Source: Blasia pusilla
Taxonomy: Eukaryota
Direction of reading: 5' to 3'
DNA length: 64,000 bases
NCBI GenBank assembly: GCA_050084515.1
Contig: CM114271.1
Span: 39,618,001 to 39,682,000, forward strand
A program made the translations under genes and the position numbers. This document shows, piece after piece, positions 61,801-64,000 of the stretch. The notes beneath the pieces are model-generated. The model saw nothing but the letters and a program-made list of their open reading frames with translations. It ran no database searches and had not been told where the DNA came from. Each line of letters opens with the position of its first letter. The first letter of the stretch is position 1.

Positions 61801-62705
61801 CAATCTGAAGATCCGGACCATTGCCAGAGTGTCTAGGTATCGGAATATTTATGTTCTCTACATTTTGCATTTGGAATGGTTTGACTTATGACTGATTCTT
61901 GGGCTCTAGGAACTAGAGTCATGTCCTTGTCACATTCTTCTGACCATTGAATTGGTTTCTCAGAGCTGTTTGGGTTCAGTTAAAAGTCAAATTTCTAGTA
62001 TTTGCAGTCAAATCGATACCGAGATTTGTAATTACTCATCCATTTGCGGATACTCTGAGCAGGCTTAACAACAGGAAAGCAAGATTAGCTCGGATTGCCA
62101 GAGAAGAACGAGCTGCGGATGGTGATCCACGAGGTGAGAACTCTCGGCATACCAGGTCTGCTCAGGGACCTTTGGGGGAACTATTACATGATATAGCTGT
62201 AACTCCTCCGGCCTCTCCTGATGGTACTAGAAGTGGAGATGGTAGTTACAAGGACTCAGGAGCTAAGTGCGCAAGCAAATCAGCCCGATCTGTCAGCCAG
62301 AGGGATGCACATGGAGATACTGGATCAACTCCAGAATCTGCTAGTACGGAGTCTGCACAAATGCTTGTGGTTGATACACAGGATCCGAGAACTGTTTCAT
62401 CATGTGACACAGCAGGAAAGTTTAATTTAGGTGAGTATGTTTCTCTTAGAGATCTTGAAGGGAAGGAAGCTGCTTTAGGATTTATCTGTCAAGTTGATGG
62501 AGCATGGCAGGGTAGGACGCTTGAAGAGCAGAATCTATGTGTAGTACAGGTTACCGAATTCAAAGTGGATAAAACAACAAAGTTGCCCTATCCTTCCAAC
62601 TTGACAGGGACATCCTTTGAGGAGGCAGAGACATTACTCGGAAAAATCAGGGTTGCTTGGCACAAAGACAAGTTGGAGAAGGTTCATGAAAGCAGCAGTA
62701 AGTAG
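46856..62705 (+). CDS. NDX: Nodulin homeobox (NDX) transcription factor, 14 coding exons, ~1010 aa
   Basis: Phase-consistent GT-AG exons: 46856-46993, 47170-47325, 53462-53545, 55489-55617, 55980-56204, 56535-56666, 56854-56949, 57662-57823, 57947-58289, 58593-58718, 58865-58931, 59432-59498, 60191-60412, 60957-61370, 61591-61625, 62063-62705. This lists 16 segments; exact count and start are uncertain, with a possible upstream exon at 46721-46756. Motifs: LPLHL...RYLLRGVRLLHSL, LLAHPKVDVFMDAAF, ESVSFLDEVA, ADLFSDDSNFR; homeodomain KKRKRNIMNEFQI...QLKNWLNNRKARLAR. Confidence 0.9.
47170..47325 (+). CDS. NDX: NDX exon (NDX domain)
   Basis: VDVQRLATSLPLHLL...RYLLRGVRLLHSLSDLALRYPKLEQ; AG/GT borders. 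Confidence 0.88.
47801..53417 (-). mobile_element. Old composite Ty1/Copia element inside an NDX intron
   Basis: Diverged ~265-bp LTRs at 47801-48071 and 53155-53417 (both end TTTATCTAACA); PBS GGTTATGGGCCTGC; RT remnants; two RNase H remnants (48300-48600 and 50212-50472, ISWSSKRQ...KEAIWLRRLL). Confidence 0.8.
54452..54809. repeat. Two-copy ~187-bp tandem duplication in NDX intron
   Basis: AAGTTTATTGGGTA...GGGTCAAATGTTTATCAACAAA...CCTAAGTAAGTTATTTGTAG...GGAGTAGTAGAG at 54452 and 54639. Confidence 0.85.
55980..56204 (+). CDS. NDX: NDX exon
   Basis: VDVFMDAAFDVVR...QQCEASLQVLQNLCQTQAFRDQLLHHK. Confidence 0.88.
57947..58289 (+). CDS. NDX: NDX exon
   Basis: APDLGTVL...FSSRWC...DATLVYDPFQAAG...YARERSALLVKLFANLYCFNPEVC. 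Confidence 0.88.
60957..61370 (+). CDS. NDX: NDX exon with N-terminal half of the homeodomain
   Basis: KKRKRNIMNEFQIKTIEEALKGEPEMQRYPKLIQQW. Confidence 0.9.
62063..62705 (+). CDS. NDX: NDX last exon (end of homeodomain + C-terminal domain)
   Basis: WLNNRKARLAR...GEYVSL...CVVQVTEFKVD...LPYP...GTSFEEAE...RVAW; stop TAG. Confidence 0.9.
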
Positions 62706-64000
62706 CATGCAGAATAACTGAGAATTTTAGGCTGGTTTTGCTATGCAGCACAACCATGTATTATTCTATTTGACTTTGAAATGGAAGAAAAAGCGGAGAT
62801 GGAGAAACTTCAATGCTTTCGTTCTTTAAGGAGTTCCATGTCGAGTCCTGTTTCTTTCCTTGGCTTCTTTGCCTACTGTTTTGTTGGTAACAGCTGCAAA
62901 GAAGTCTTCAACAGTTCCAAACTGCGCTTTGCCCGAGTGGAAAACGGGGTAGAAAATGGCTGCTTCATGAGTGCCTGGGGCTCAGTCTAAGTGTCCCCTA
63001 TTACTCTCTTCTCGATGGGAAAACTGAGAAAGAAATGCCCCTTCATGAATGCCTCAGTGGTTCCTCAACTGAGAACAGGGGAGGAAGATGGTGGAGCGTT
63101 AGTGACACTCTGTACACTTCTGGATCGGACTCCACACCAAATATCCCTGCGAATTATGCACACTGGATGATTGGGTTCTTTGAATGTTGCAAGTAGCTGC
63201 GGTTTCCAAGCATTTCAGACACAGGGGGATCAACAAAGTAGTAACGACGTATGGTGCTTGTCCAATACCAAGACTGAAGCAAATAAACTGGAGGAGACTA
63301 GTATACATGACGGATGGAACTGTGGATCTTACTGTACACGCATAATCTACTGCATACCAAGTTTTTCCTACCATAGGAGTTCACCACCTTAAGAGATAAA
63401 ATGCAGAAAAAATGGATACCGGGATTTACTTTGATTCATTTATTTAGTCGTTCACCCTTTACTTACATGAATTTTTTGGCTGTTGTATTAGTTCTATTCA
63501 CATACATAACCTGCATAAAGATACCGATAGGTGTCAAATGAAGAAGTTTAGATGCTACAAAAGTTCCCTTGATAGAAATAAAGTGGGACACATAATTAGA
63601 CTATTGAGGAAAGATAGCTAAAGTAAACATCTCATTACACATGATTAGTATGTGGTTTTCCCTTTAATTTAATTATTTTTTATGACATCCCTTAATAATA
63701 GAAGGACTTCAAGAGGACAGGTGTCAAACGCTTGAGGAGGGTTTCTTTTAACTCCATCTTTTTTTAATTATATAGGTAATGGAATATTAAAGAAATATTT
63801 AAGTAACACTGATAAAAAAATGTTTCAAAAGTTTAGGTAGCGTGGGTGAGACTATGATGGTCTATAGAACATTTTAGGTGCCATGTAAGTTAGTGGAAAG
63901 ATACAAACATGCATGACCTTCCTTAACTACCATATGAACTATGTCTTATACACCACAAGTAAATCCACTTGAGTTTTAAATTCTTTTCAATGGCTCAAAA

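Noticed and set aside
62781-63392. Short ORFs downstream of NDX
   Set aside because: No recognisable domains; probably 3' UTR or intergenic sequence.

Overview
This is eukaryotic, land-plant DNA, most likely from a bryophyte such as a moss, judged from the gene and the TE types. Positions 1 to ~45 kb form a dense nest of mostly decayed transposons: Ty3/Gypsy, Ty1/Copia and a MULE-SWIM transposase. Positions ~46.8-62.7 kb hold one host gene, a 14-exon NODULIN HOMEOBOX (NDX) gene of about 1010 aa, with a Copia composite inside a 6.1 kb intron. The most striking signal is a Gypsy family present in two copies (A 10766-20742; B 23253-44878). Its polyprotein order, complete in copy A, is Gag - protease - DNMT3-like C5 cytosine methyltransferase - RT - RNase H - integrase - PHD finger, so it combines an epigenetic writer with a histone-reader domain. 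The methyltransferase is broken by stops and a frameshift and is largely invisible in the ORF track, but motifs I, II, IV, VI, VIII, IX and X can be read directly. The family also lacks conventional paired LTRs: copy A is X-body-Y and copy B is X-body-Y-X-Y, both with 3-4 bp flanking duplications. All calls come from manual reading and translation; no searches were run.
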